Shown piece after piece: positions 34,300-46,966 of a DNA stretch of 64,000 nucleotides (the stretch's first letter is position 1; each line of letters opens with the position of its first letter). Position numbers and translations under genes: made by a program. The notes under the pieces are model-generated. The model was not told the origin of the DNA. It made no database searches and worked only from the letters and a program-made list of their open reading frames with translations. The stretch lies in assembly GCA_030390025.1 (NCBI GenBank), contig CM059431.1:145082001-145146000 (forward strand), given 5' to 3'. This DNA is from Squalus acanthias (lineage: Eukaryota).

Positions 34300-35383
34300 T
34301 CCCACTGACCCAGCGCTACACCCAAACCCCTACTGACCCATCAACCTAGTTCCACCCAACGTGATCCAGCATTCAACCAACACCCCACTCACCCAGCATC
34401 ACTTTCCACTCACCCAGCCCCACACCCACACCCAACTGACCCAGCATCACTCTCCACTCAACCAGCCCCACAACAACACCCCACTGACCCAGCATCACAC
34501 TCCACTCACCCAGACCCACTCCCCACTGACCCAGCATCACTCTCCACTCACCCAGACCCACACCCACACCCCACTGACCCAGCATCACACTCCACTCACC
34601 CAGCCCCACACCCACACCCCACTGACCCAGCATCACTCTCCACTCATCCAGCCCACACCAACATCCCACTGACCCAGCATCACTCTCCACTCACCCAGCC
34701 CCACACCCACACCCCACTGACCCAGCATCACTCTCCACTCATCCAGCCCACACCAACATCCCACTGACCCAGCATCACTCTCCACTCACCCAGACCCACG
34801 CCCACACCCCAGTGACCCAGCATCACTCTCCACTCACCCAGCCCCACAACAACACCGACTGACCCAGCATCACTCTCCACTCACCCAGACCCACACCCAC
34901 ACCCCACTGACCCAGCATCACACTCCACTCACCCAGCCCCACACCCACACCCCACTGACCCAGCATCACTCTCCACTCATCCAGCCCACACCAACATCCC
35001 ACTGACCCAGCATCACTCTCCACTCACCCAGCCCCACACCCACACCCCACTGACCCAGCATCACTCTCCACTCATCCAGCCCACACCAACATCCCACTGA
35101 CCCAGCATCACTCTCCATCACCCAGACCCACGCCCACACCCCAGTGACCCAGCATCACTCTCCACTCACCCAGCCCCACAACAACACCCACTGACCCAGC
35201 ATCACTCTCCGCTCACCCAGCCCCACACCCAAACCCCACTGACCCAGCATCACTCTCCACTCATCCAGCCCACACCAACATCCCACTGACCCAGCATCAC
35301 TCTCCACTCACCCAGCCCTACACCAACAGCCCACTGACCCAGCATCACTCTCCACTCACCCAGACCCACACCAACATCCCAGT
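34300..35383. repeat. 48-bp minisatellite, about 20 copies
   Basis: Unit CCCACTGACCCAGCATCACTCTCCACTCACCCAGCCCCACACCCACAC, made of two related subunits. Confidence 0.95.
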
Positions 35384-35385
35384 GA

Positions 35386-36420
35386 AATGTTACATTGTTA
35401 AAAGTAGTAACCTCCTCCTTACAATTTCAGCGTCTGAATAAACTGCCTCCTCTACAAATTCCTCAATGCCTCTTCTCTTCTATCCCCAGTGGTCATCATC
35501 AACTTGGAAAGCTGGCAATCGTCGAAAATGCAGAATCTCGGCGTGCTGTGGGGCTTTGAACTGTGAACAGCAAGTCAGGGAAAAAAGGCCATGTACATTA
35601 CCCATGTGAAGTTCAAACTAAATTATTGCTGGGGATTACAGCATTTTAGATTTAATTAACAGCCATTTAAGCATAGCTTAGTAATTCAGAGATTTAACTC
35701 ATTTGAGGCCAGTTTATTGGGGTTTCTATGTATTTGTGGTTAGTTGATTGTTGCTTTGATTTATACCCAATTCAGGAGATTAATTATTTACCAATGATTG
35801 ATAGAGGCCTGAAAGGACTGACATCGAAACTCGCAGAGCATGCCAGAATAGGAGACATAGTTAATTATTTAGAATTGCTGTAATTATACTCGGAGTGGAA
35901 GTAGGCTCGGTGCTGTGGAAGAGCAGACAGAAAGGGGACACAGATTGAAACGACATTAAAAGCAACACCTCAGGTTGAGAGAGTGGGAAAGAAGCTGTTG
36001 AAATTCTAGGTTTAATCAGGAGGTATAGAATATAAAACCCAAGAGGTAATGATGAGCCTATATCAAGCTTTAATAAGACCTCAGTTAGAATTATGTGTTT
36101 CAATATTGAACGTTGGTGTTTCTTTTGGTTAAATCAACGCAGATTGTGGGGCAATATGGTAGAAGTGTTTACAATTCTAAATCGGTGGGACAAGGTTGGT
36201 GAACTTTGTAACTATTTGTGTTAGTTTAATAATGCCAAATGTGATACCCACTCGGAGGTAGCTTCGTGCCTGTTGGTAATTTGTGTTGTTAGTTGTCAGC
36301 AACAGAGTAGTGATGGGGCTCTATTGAAAATGTGAGTAATTATTTTCATTAAAAGATTAGTAATGGAGAGCAGCCTACCTTTTCGTAATTTGAGTCGTTT
36401 CTTTATATGTAAAGATTCGT
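35386..36420. repeat. Duplicated block, paralogous to ~45099-46245
   Basis: Collinear match starting AATGTTACATTG.TAAAAGTAG and ending TATGTAAAGATT. Includes a shared decayed CR1 piece. Confidence 0.9.
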
Positions 36421-38479
36421 CATGGAACTAAATTCACACGAACAAAATAATTCACTGTTAGATGGAGAGTGTGGGTAAATTGTGAGTTTGCGTGCAGGCG
36501 GCGGGCATTAATTGAGGTGCTTAAAATGATAAAAGGATTCATTAGAGAAGATACAGAGAGAGATTGTCTCTGGTGGGGAATCCAGAACAAAAGGGGACAT
36601 TATTAAAATAAGATCTAGGCTGTTCAGGTGTGAAACCAGGAAGCATTTTTTTTACACAAAGGGTAGTGGAAATGTGAATATTTCTCCTGCAAAAAGCTTT
36701 GGATTCTGTCAATTTAATTTTTCAAAAGATCTTTTTTATCAGTTAAGGGCATCAAGCGAAATGAATTCAAGGCGGGTAACAGGAGTTGAAGCACAGATGA
36801 GCCATGATCTAATTAACTGGCAGAACGGGCTTGAGAGGTTGAATCGCCTCCGCCTGTTCTTCCATATAATCATCAGGTGGATGATAAATTCCAGCATTTG
36901 TTCAACGTGAAGTTTAATCGGAGTTTCTGGGCAATGACTTCAGCACTGGAGGGTTTGACAATCCCCTTTAAACGGATGTGATTGGTTGTTTTTATTTAAG
37001 GCTAGGCTCCATCTGTCGTGAATGTCACAGAATTCCAGGCCAGTAAAGATCAGATAATCGGTGCGGGAGAATCGAGGGCAAACTTTGTAAAATATACTTT
37101 AATAAAAACACACGGACTGTGTCCAGTCAGACTTAAACAGTGAGGCCCCGAAACTTACTGGAGGTTTTATTTTAGGGTCGGTCAAAAGTTCAATAAAAGT
37201 GATTCTCTATCTATAAATTGTTTTTACAAATGTCCTGTAATTTCCGATTTCATGACCTGCTCAAACGCTAAACGCATGTGTTACAAGATGGCTCCTGGGC
37301 TGGCAGCTCCCTGTTGAGCACCTTTGCTGTGCAACTCAATCCTTGGCCATGCGTTGCCATTTTTCCACCAATCTCCTCTTTTCCACTGTTTAATTTCTCC
37401 TGGCTCCAATAGTGGGTGCATTTAATCCCTAAATCGAAGTTAACTGCTAGTTTAAAGTTACCTGGGCCAAATGCCCATCCCCCCACCATGCCTGCTCTTT
37501 GGTTCTCTGAGTGCGCTCTGCACCTTTGCTCAAATTCAGCTTCCAAATTCCTGGTCTTCAACACTGCTTCTTCACTGGACTACACTGTACGTCGCAGCTG
37601 CTGTGTCTCTGATCTGCTATTCAGTTGCTAAGTTTTACGGGAACTTTGTCTAGCCTACAACCCATCCCCCACCGCCGCTGTTAGCTGTTGAGTTTATTAT
37701 TGTCCTAATGGTTTTTCAGCTTCAACTTGAGTCTGGTTTCTGTTCAGAAATTCACTCTCTTGGGCCGAAGTCCACTTCTCTTCCGCCTCTGGATCTTATT
37801 CTGATCTCCAACTGTGCCAACGTTTTTCTGCCCCGCTATCGATTCTGCTCATCTTCCAACTTTTCACTCACACGGAAATACCTCCAGCAGTGCGTCCTCT
37901 GGTACTCTACCCTTTACACAGCTTCAGAATTCACTCGCCTCCACACCTGGCTCCGAACCTGGACATCGTTCTATCAATGCTCCAAGCTGAGTCCACCCTC
38001 CCTACGGCAACATATCCCACCACGGGCCCTGCGACACTAACTCTGAGCTCCTTCCTATTGTCTCATCTCTATTCATCAACATGCAACCCGGCCTATGCAA
38101 CTTGAGTATCCTGTGGTCCATTCGCCTGCTCATTTTGGCTGCCACTCTGGACACAAGCCCATCCCTCCTATTTTCCTATTTTCCCATTTTACTGTTCTCT
38201 TTACCCCTTCTAGACCCCTTCTCCTGTCGTCATGCCTCCTTTCATTTCTCCGCTCTCGGGTACTCTGTCCTTCCAGATCCCTATCATACCCCTTCAGCAC
38301 GCCTCCAACTTTCTACTCTCCTGCCGCTGCCCCAGGATTCAATCGGTCTTAGAAAATCATACAGCTTTCCTCTGTTTCAGTCCTGGATTCCTCTGAAGGG
38401 CACATCGAGGCCCTTGTCGCTGTCTCCTTACGAGCAGCAACACCAACTCTCTCGTCCTAATCTCTCGCCACCCTTCCCC

Positions 38480-39310
38480 CCCAGAGCGCCCAAAGGGCAT
38501 AATCTTGCCAAGGTCATTCCCATCCCACTCTCCTCTCCCAATGCTGACCCTGTGGACTCTGCCACTGGATCATCTGTCACTGTCACTCTCAGCATCTCCC
38601 TCAGAATCTCCGTTCACTTGTGAACAAGGCCCTTGAAATCCTTCAGCTTATTGTGGATGATTGCATTGACATCATGGCCTTGACGGAAACCTGGCAATGG
38701 GGTGATGACACTTTTCCCCTTAATGAACTCTCCGCGCCTGGTTATCCATTTTACCACTTACCCCACCCAAACCGGAATGGTGGCGGTGTGGCGCTCTCAC
38801 CAAATCCACAACTTGGTCTGTCTCTCTACTCCACTGGCACCTTATCCTCCTTGTTTCACACTTCTTGCCTCTCATTTAAAATCCTCATCCTCTACCGCCC
38901 ACACAAGCACCACTCCAAATTTCTTAATTTTTTTTCACAGCTTTCACCTCGCAGCCTCTGCAAAGAGGGAATTCTGATCCTCGGTGATTTCAACCTCCAT
39001 CTCAAATAATATTGCTCTCTCCCCTCTGGGTTCACTGCTCTCCTATCCTTCCTTAATCTGTCTCTACATCTAAACTACTCTAACCATATTCAAGGCCACC
39101 ACCTGAATCTCGCCATCTCACGTAGCCCCGCTACTCCAATCATGTTACTCACAGATAAAGCCATCTCTGATCACTTCCTTCTATGCTCTCCACTCACATT
39201 TCCCTTCCGCCTCCCAACCATTATTCCTTCTCTCTCTGCCCCTGTAAACACTCTCCCCCAATCACTTACAAATGCATTTCCAAATTCCCAACTTTACAAA
39301 CCTTTTTGTC
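38480..39310 (+). mobile_element. L2-like LINE endonuclease region
   Basis: IDIMALTETW, GGGVA, ILYRP, ILILGDFNLH and ISDHFL (APE motifs). Confidence 0.8.
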
Positions 39311-39319
39311 CTGCATTCA

Positions 39320-39745
39320 GGGAGAGGATGCGAGGGGAGAGGAGAGAGCGGAGTTCGTAGTTGAGACGGGGAAGAAAAGACGGAGGGGGAGGAGACGGGG
39401 GCGAGAAGACGAGGGGGAGGGTGGAAGAGACGGGGCCAGTTGACGTCAGAGAAGATGGGGAGGAGAAGGAAACGGAGGTAGATGGAAACGGGGGGAGAAG
39501 GAGACGTGGAGGAGAAGGGAGATGGAGCGGGAAGAAAGAGATGGGAGTGGAAGGAGACAGGGGGCGAGGGAGAAGGGGAGACAAGAAGACGGGGCGAAGA
39601 TATGGTACGGCGAGGAGACGGGGGAGGAGATGCGGCATGGAGACTGAGCGCAAGGAGAAGGGGTGCGTGGAAACAGGGACGTGGAGACGGGGGATGCGAA
39701 GAGCTTGGGGAGGTGAGGAGACAGGGGGTGACGGGACAGGGAGAC
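39320..39745. repeat. Purine-rich (G/A) low-complexity tract
   Basis: GGAGA / GAGACGGG-rich, with few pyrimidines on the + strand. Confidence 0.85.
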
Positions 39746-39749
39746 ATAT

Positions 39750-40330
39750 ATGCATCAGGATCCTGACAGATGTGTATGGGGTTTCACAGTGTATCAGGAT
39801 CCTGCCAGGTGTGTACGGGATTTCACAGTGTATCAAGAACCTGCCACGTGTGTATGGGGTTTCAGACTATATCAGGATCCTGCCACGTGTGTATGGGGTT
39901 TCACAGTGTATCAGGATCCTGCCAGGTGTGTATCGGGTTTCACATTGTTTCAGGATCCTGCCAGGTTTGTATGGGGTTTCAAAGAGTATCAGAATCCTGC
40001 CAGGTGTATATGGGGTTTCACAGTGTATCAGGATCCTGCCAGGAGTGTATGGGGGTGTCACAGTGTATCAGGATCCTCCCAGGTGTGTATGGGGTTTCAC
40101 AGTGTGTCAGGATCCTGCCCTGTGTCTATCGTTTTTCACAGTGTATCAGGATCCGGGCAGGTATGTATTGGGTTTCACAGTGTATCATGATCCTGCCAGG
40201 TGTGTATGGGGTTTGGCATTGTATCAGGATCCTGCCAGGTGTTTATTGGGTTTCACAGTGTATCCAGATCCTGCCAGGTGTGTATGGGGATTCCGTGTAT
40301 GAGCATCTTACCAGATGTGTACAGGACTTC
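39750..40330. repeat. 39-bp minisatellite, about 14-15 copies
   Basis: Unit CAGTGTATCAGGATCCTGCCAGGTGTGTATGGGGTTTCA. Confidence 0.95.
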
Positions 40331-40361
40331 ACAAAACCGGCCATTGGTAAGATTTACTCAC

Positions 40362-40406
40362 ACAGTGCAGGCCAACACCAGCATTATTCCTGTGTTAGAG
40401 TATATA
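40362..40406 (-). other. 45-nt candidate exon, paralog of 8566-8610
   Basis: TTCAG|TATATAC...CACTGT|GTGAGT. Confidence 0.55.
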
Positions 40407-41170
40407 CTGAACGAATAATTAAGCAGGGTTTTCATTCATAAGCACATAAGAACTTAAGAAAATAGCCCCTCGCGCCTGCTCCGCCATTCAATAAGATCAT
40501 GGCTGATCTGATCTTTTCCTGAACTCCACTTTCCTATCCCGCTCCCCATAACCCTTGAATCCCTTTTTTTCAAAAACATTCTCTGAACCTTCTCAAATGC
40601 AAGTATATCCTTCTTTGAATAAGGAGACCAAAACTGTACGCAGTACCCCAGGTGCAGTCTCAGCAACGCCCTGTACATTTGTAGCAAGACTCCCGACATT
40701 TATACTCATCCCACTTGCAATGCACGCCAATATTCCATTTACCTTCATAATTATTGCTGTACCTGCATGCTAAACATTTTGTGTTTTATGTACGAGAACA
40801 CCCAGATCCCTCTGTACCGCAGAATTCTGTAGTCTCTGCATTTAAAACATATTTTGCTTTTAATTCTTCCTAACAAAGTGGAAACCTCACATTTTCCAAC
40901 ATCATACTGCATCTGCCAAATTTTTGCCCACTCACTTAAGCTATCTATATCCCTTTGCAGACTCTTTGTGCACTCCTCACATCTTGCTTTCCCACCTATC
41001 TTTGTATCGTCAGCAAATTTGGCAACAGTGCACTCGGTCTCCTCATTCAAGTCATTAATATAGATTGTGAATGGTTGAGGCCCCAGCACTGATCCCTGTG
41101 GCACCCCTCTAGTCACATTTTGCCAACCTGAAACAGATCCGTTTATTCCGAATCTCTGATTTCATTTATT

Positions 41171-41395
41171 CAAAATTGAGAGGTCGCACAACACCAGGTT
41201 ATAGTCCAACAGTTTTATTTGAAATCACAAGCTTTCGGAGCTATCGATTTGCTCCTTCCTCAGGTGAAGTAAATTAGGAAGGAGCAAATCGATAGCTCCG
41301 AAAGCTTGTGATTTCAAATAAAACTGTTGGACTATAACCTGGTGTTGTGCGACCTCTCAATTTTGTCCACCCCAGTCCAACACCGGCATCTCCGC
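41171..41395 (+). mobile_element. Penelope-derived palindromic insertion
   Basis: 90-bp inverted arms (41171-41260 / 41276-41365) plus tail. TSD TTCATTTATTCA at 41161-41172 and 41396-41407. Confidence 0.9.
41226..41266 (-). ncRNA. Minimal type I hammerhead ribozyme (core intact)
   Basis: CAC-CUGAGGA-aGGAGC-aaaucgaua-GCUCC-GAAA-GCUU-GUG. Confidence 0.8.
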
Positions 41396-43589
41396 TTCAT
41401 TTATTCAGCCAATGCTCTATCCAACCTAATATATTACTCCCAACACCGTGAGCTCTTATCTTGTGCAGTGACCTTTTATGCTGCACCTTATCGAACGCCT
41501 TCTGGAAATCCAAAAACACTACATTTACTGACTCCCCATTATCCACCCTGCTCGTTACATCCTCAAAGAACTCCAGCTAATTTGTCAAACACGATTTCCC
41601 TTTCATAAAACCATGTTGACTCTGCCTGATTGTATTATGATTTTCTAAATCTGCTATTACTTCCTTAATAATAGATTTCAGCATTTTCCCGATGACAGGT
41701 GCTAGGCTAACTGACCTATAGTTTCCTGCTTTGTGGCTCCCTCCTTTCTTGAATAGGGGAATTACTTTTGCGGTTCTCCAATCCACTGGGACCTCTCCTG
41801 AATCCAGTGAATGTTGGTAGATTACAACCAACTCATCCACTATCTCTGCAGCCACTACTTTTAAAACCCTAGGATGTAGGCCATCAGGTCCAGGGGACTT
41901 GCTATCCTTTAGTCCCATTAATTTGCCTTGTATATTGTCTCTGGTGATAGTGATTGTTTTAAGTTCCTCCCTCCCCATAGCCTCTTGATTCACAAGTATT
42001 ATTGGGATGCTTTTAGTGGCTATTACCTGTGAAGTCCGATACAAAATATTTGTTCAAAGCCTCTGCCATTTCCCTGTTTCCCATTATTAATTCCCCAGTC
42101 TCATCCTCTAAGGAACCAACCATTACTTTAGCTACTCTCTTTTTATATACCTGTAGAAGCTCTTACTGTCTGTTTTTATATTTTTTGCCAGTTTACTCTC
42201 ATAATCTGTCTTCTCCCTCTTAATTATTTTTTTAGTCATCCTTTTCTGGTTTCTAAAAAAAATCCCAATCCTCTGGCCGACCACTAATCTTTGCAACAGC
42301 GTATGCCTTTTCATAAGAACAGAAGAACAAAAGAAGTAAGAGCAGGAGTAGGCTATACGGTCCCTCGAGCCTGCTCCGCCATTCATTAAGATCATGGCTG
42401 ATCATCGACATCACTCCACACTCCCGCCCGATCGCCATATCCCTTGATTCCCCAAGAGTCCAAAAATCTATCTATCTCTGCATGGAATATACTCAAAAAC
42501 TCAGCCATCTGGGGCAGAGAATTCCAAAGATTCACAACCCTCTGAGTGATGAAATTCTTCCTCATCCCAGTGTTAAAAGGCCTACCCCTTATCCTGAGAC
42601 TAAGCCCCCTCGTTCTGGACATTCCAGCCAGGGGAAACAACCTCTCAGCCTCCACCCTGTCAATCCCCTTCAGAATAAATCAGATCACCACTCGTTCTTC
42701 TAAACTCCAGAGAGTATAGGCCCATTCTACACAATTTCTCATCATAGGACAACCCTCTGATCCCAGGAATCAATCTAGTGAACCTTTGTTGCACTGCCGC
42801 CAAGGCAAGTATATAATTCCTTAGATAAGGAGATCAAAACTGTGCACAGTACTCCAGGTGTGGTCTCACCAAGGCCCTGTACAATTGTAGCAACACTTCC
42901 TTACTCTTATTCTCCAAACCCCTTGCAATAAAGACCAACGTGCCATTGCCTTCCTTATTGCTTGCTGTACCTGCATGCTAGCTTTCTGTGATTCTTACAC
43001 GAGGACATCCAAATCTCTCTGAACACCAACATTTAAAAATTTCTCACCATTTAAAAATATTCTATTTTTTCTATTCTTCCTACCAAAGTGAATAACCTCA
43101 GATTTCCCTACTTTATACTCCATCTGCCACCTAACTTCCCACTCACTTAGTCATTATATATCCCTTTGTAGACTCTTTGTGTTCTCCGCACAGCTTATTG
43201 TCCCACATATCTTTTTATCATCAGCAAAATTAACTTCAATTTGATATCATCCTTAACTTCCTTAGTTAGCTTCTCGTAGAGTCTTTCTTTCTCACTGGAA
43301 TAAACCTTTGCTGAGAGTTATGAAATATCTCCTTAAATGTCTGCCACTACTTTTCTACCGACTTAACCTTTAATCTAATTTCCCAGTCCACTTTTGCCAA
43401 CTCTGTCTTCATAGCTTTGTAAGTGCTTTTATTTAATTTCAAGAATTAAATAATCCTCCATTCGGTTTCAGAGTCTTCTGGTGTTTTATTGTTTTTCTTG
43501 ACAGATTTAGGTTTAATATTTTCTATTTGTTGATTTTGATATTAAATTATGTTGATTTATGATTGCGATTGCTACCCACTCAATATATA

Positions 43590-44160
43590 TAGCTGGATGT
43601 GATCCCTCTGGTCATATAGGCAGTGACATTGTCCGTGTGTTCGTGTAGATGTGTCCTGCTTGGTGTTTCTATTTGAATATATTGACCACATCTCTCATGG
43701 TGTCAGCACCTGACTAATGAGCACTGTAGGAGGTGAGGACATTTACTGCGGTTCCACTAATATTAACACTAATGTATAATGTTCTGCATCATGTCACTTT
43801 AGAGAGTACGTGATGCACAGCATTAATTAGTGGAATATTGTGGGGTCTTGCAACATGAAAAAACGCAATATTAAACACGTGGTAGATTTGCCTGCTGTTT
43901 TACAATCACAATTCTCCATTTGTGCGCGTGTCACGCTGTGTGTGTGCCCATACATCTGCGTCCAATCAAACTCTCAATCAGCGTTCTTTCCTTTACCCAC
44001 TGTGGAAATCAAAAAACGGATTCAGCCTCGGATCAGTAATTTTTCCAAACTATAGTGGAAGGTATTCCCTGACATTAATATATAACCAAGTTTGAGAACT
44101 TGCGAACGTCAGGTTTGTGCTGTTTCACTCACGCTGACACTAGTATAATAAACACACAAC
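43590..44160. repeat. Duplicated block, paralog of 8780-9540
   Basis: Collinear similarity; lacks the PLE insertion. Confidence 0.85.
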
Positions 44161-44510
44161 AGAAACAACTTGCATTTCCTCAGCGCTTATAACATAGCAA
44201 AACATCACCGGGCGCTTCACAGGAGGCGAATCAGACAAAAGCTGGGCGCTGAATAAAGGAGGAGGAGGGGTGCTCACAATGTTGTCCAAATAAGTGAGTT
44301 TCAGGAGGGCAATAAAAGTGAGGAGAAGGAGCTGGAGAGGCTTGGTGGGGAATTGCTGAGCAGAGAGCTTGGACAGCCGAAAGCACGGCAGCCATAGAAA
44401 TGGTGAGGAGAGGGTGAAATGCACAACAGAGCAGAGACAGAGGAACAGAGAGATCTTGGAGTTGGCGGCTTGTAGGGCTGGAGGAGTTTCCAGAGACAGG
44501 GAGCGTCAAG
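44160..44510 (-). mobile_element. L2-like 3' end
   Basis: Minus strand ends ...GTGAAGCGCCC..ATG..TTGCTATGTT...AAATGCAAGTTGTT, typical of L2 termini. Confidence 0.6.
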
Positions 44511-44589
44511 ACCTTTGCAGTTTGTAACGTGCCTTTTTAATGACCATTACAGTTCAACAATATTCCCTTTAAGCTAGCGAAACCATACC

Positions 44590-45095
44590 TGGCTGACCCA
44601 GCCCCACACCGGCACAGCACTGACCCAGCCACACACCCAACACAACACCGGCCCAGCCCCAACCCCAGTGACCCAGCCGCACACCCCAGTGACCCAGCCC
44701 CACACCCCAGTGACCACACCCCACACCTACAACACACCGGCCCAACCCCACACCCCAGTGACCCAGCCCCACACCCCACTGACCCAGACCCACACGCCAG
44801 TGACCCAGCACCACACCTACACCCCACCGGCCCAGCCCCACATCCCACTGACCCTGCCCCACAGCGACACGCCACTCAGCCAGCCCCCACACCGACACCC
44901 CACTGACCTAGTCCCACATCCCACAGACCAAACAACATACCGACACACGACTGACCCAGCCCCACACCGACACCCCACTGGCCCAGTCCCACATCCCACA
45001 GACCAAGCAACATACCGACACCCCACTGACCCAACCCCAGACCCCACTGACCCAGCCCCACACTCCACTGACCCAGCCCTACACCAGCACCCTAC
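44590..45095. repeat. Degenerate CCCACTGACCCAG minisatellite
   Basis: Irregular 21/27-nt subunits related to the 48-mer at 34.3 kb. Confidence 0.85.
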
Positions 45096-46966
45096 TGCAA
45101 TGTTACATTGCTAAAAGTAGTGAACGCCTCCTCACCATTTACGAGTCTGAACAAACTGCATCCCTCTACAAATTCCTAACTGCCTGTTCTCTTCTCTTCC
45201 TTCCCGAGTGGACATTATGAACTTGGACAGCTGGCAATCGTCGCAAATGCAGCATCTCGGCAGTTATGGGGCTTGGAAATGTGAACAGCAATCAGGGAGA
45301 AAAAGGCACATATAAAGTTGTTAGTTTGTTATTGTTTCGGATTATAGCAGTTTGGAGTTAGTTTATTAATGCAGGAGGTTATAGCCATTTCAGCACAGCC
45401 TACTAATTTTAGAGATTTTACTCATTTGAGGCCAGTTTATTGGGGTTTCTATGTATTTGTGGTTAGTTTATTGTTGCTGTGGTTTATACCCAATTGAGAT
45501 AGATTAACTCACTTGCTAATGATTCACAGAGGCCTGGAGGGACTCGCAGCGAAACTCGCTGTGGAGACTAGAATAGGAGACATAGTTACTTATTTAGAAG
45601 AGCTGTAATTATACTCGGACTGGAAGTAGACTCGGTGCTGTGGAAGAGCAGAGAGATTTGGGGATACAGATTGAAAAAACATTAAAAGCAACACCTCAGG
45701 TTGAGAAATCGTGAAGCAACTGATGACATTCTAGGTTTATCGCGTGGTATAGAATATGAAACCCAAAAGGTAACAATGAGCCTATATAAAGCTTTAATAA
45801 AACCTCAGTTAGAGTTTTGTGTTTAGTATTGAGCTCCGCACTATAGAAAGGATGGAGACTTTAAAGATGGTTAAACACAGATTCATTGGGGGGCTGCCGG
45901 GTCTGAGGAACAACAAATATGCAGAAAGCTTTGAACGTTGGTGCTTCTTTTGGTTAAAACAACGCAGATTCTGGGGCAACATGATAGAAGTGTTTACAAT
46001 TATGAATCGGTGGGTCAAGGTTGCTGGAGGTTGTAACTTATTGTGTTCGTTTAATAATGCCAAATGTGATAACAAATAGCAGGTAGCTTCGTGCCTGTTG
46101 GTAATTTGTGTAGTTAGTTGTTAGCAACAGAGTAGTGATGGGGCTATATTGAAAATGTGAGTAATTATTTTCATTAAAAGATTAGTAATGGAGACCCGCC
46201 TACCTTTTCTTAATTTGATTCGTTTCTTTCTATGTAAAGATTAGTGATGTGACGCTCCTACCTGTTGGTAATCTGAGTAGTTCGTTTTTGTATAAACACC
46301 AGTGATGGAATCCTGCGACGTGTTGGTAGTTTGAGAGTCCGTGGGGAGACTGATGGAGACCAGGAGTGGGTTTAGCCTCAATATCCCCTGTGTAAAATGG
46401 ACTGCCCTCAGTCACTGTCTGAGCCCACACTCAGAGAATAGCTGCATTCCTGGCGCTGGGGAACACATCAGTCCGCGGGATACTGTAGTTAGAGAGGAAG
46501 GGAGAAAATAAAATCATAATACATCGGAATTAAGTTTAGAAGCTACATTAACCTTACCAAAATCCCGCAAGGATGATCTGTCACTATTTCCATATTGATT
46601 TTGCAAGTTATATCCTTGTTATTTCACTACAGCCAATCATTAGAAGTTTCTTGTTTCATTTGAGCAAGTTATAAATTGTGAATTTGATCTGATCCTTGTT
46701 CTGTCAGATACAGACCTCCGCCCTCTGTGTGAAAGCTGCTGCCCGCCCTCAGGATGGATTTACATACGAACATACAAATTAGGAGCAGGAGAAGGCCACT
46801 CGGCCCTTCGAACATGCTCCGCCATTCAATAAGATCATGGCTGATCCGATTACTTCACATGGAAACATAAACATAGAAGATAGGAGCAGGAGTAGGCCAT
46901 TCGGCCCCTCGAGCCAGTTCTGCCATTTAATGAGATCATGGCTGATCATCCAAATTCAGTACCCTG

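Larger units (their letters stand above)
40440..43440 (-). mobile_element. CR1 ORF2 fragment with a nested second CR1 3' fragment (~42312-43230)
   Basis: [28 protein letters not shown] and QHGFMKGKSCLTN motifs. A second tail sits at ~42312. Confidence 0.88.

Noticed and set aside
34361..35023. His/Pro/Thr-rich and Gly/Val/Trp-rich ORFs (also 44537-45114)
   Set aside because: Translations of minisatellites.
34141..35397. hAT-type MITE enclosing the minisatellite
   Set aside because: A left end CAATGTTCCCT is present, but the right end matches only ACATTG and no TSD is evident.
39361..40441. Long Cys/Gly-rich ORFs in three frames
   Set aside because: A by-product of a stop-free 39-bp minisatellite and a purine tract.
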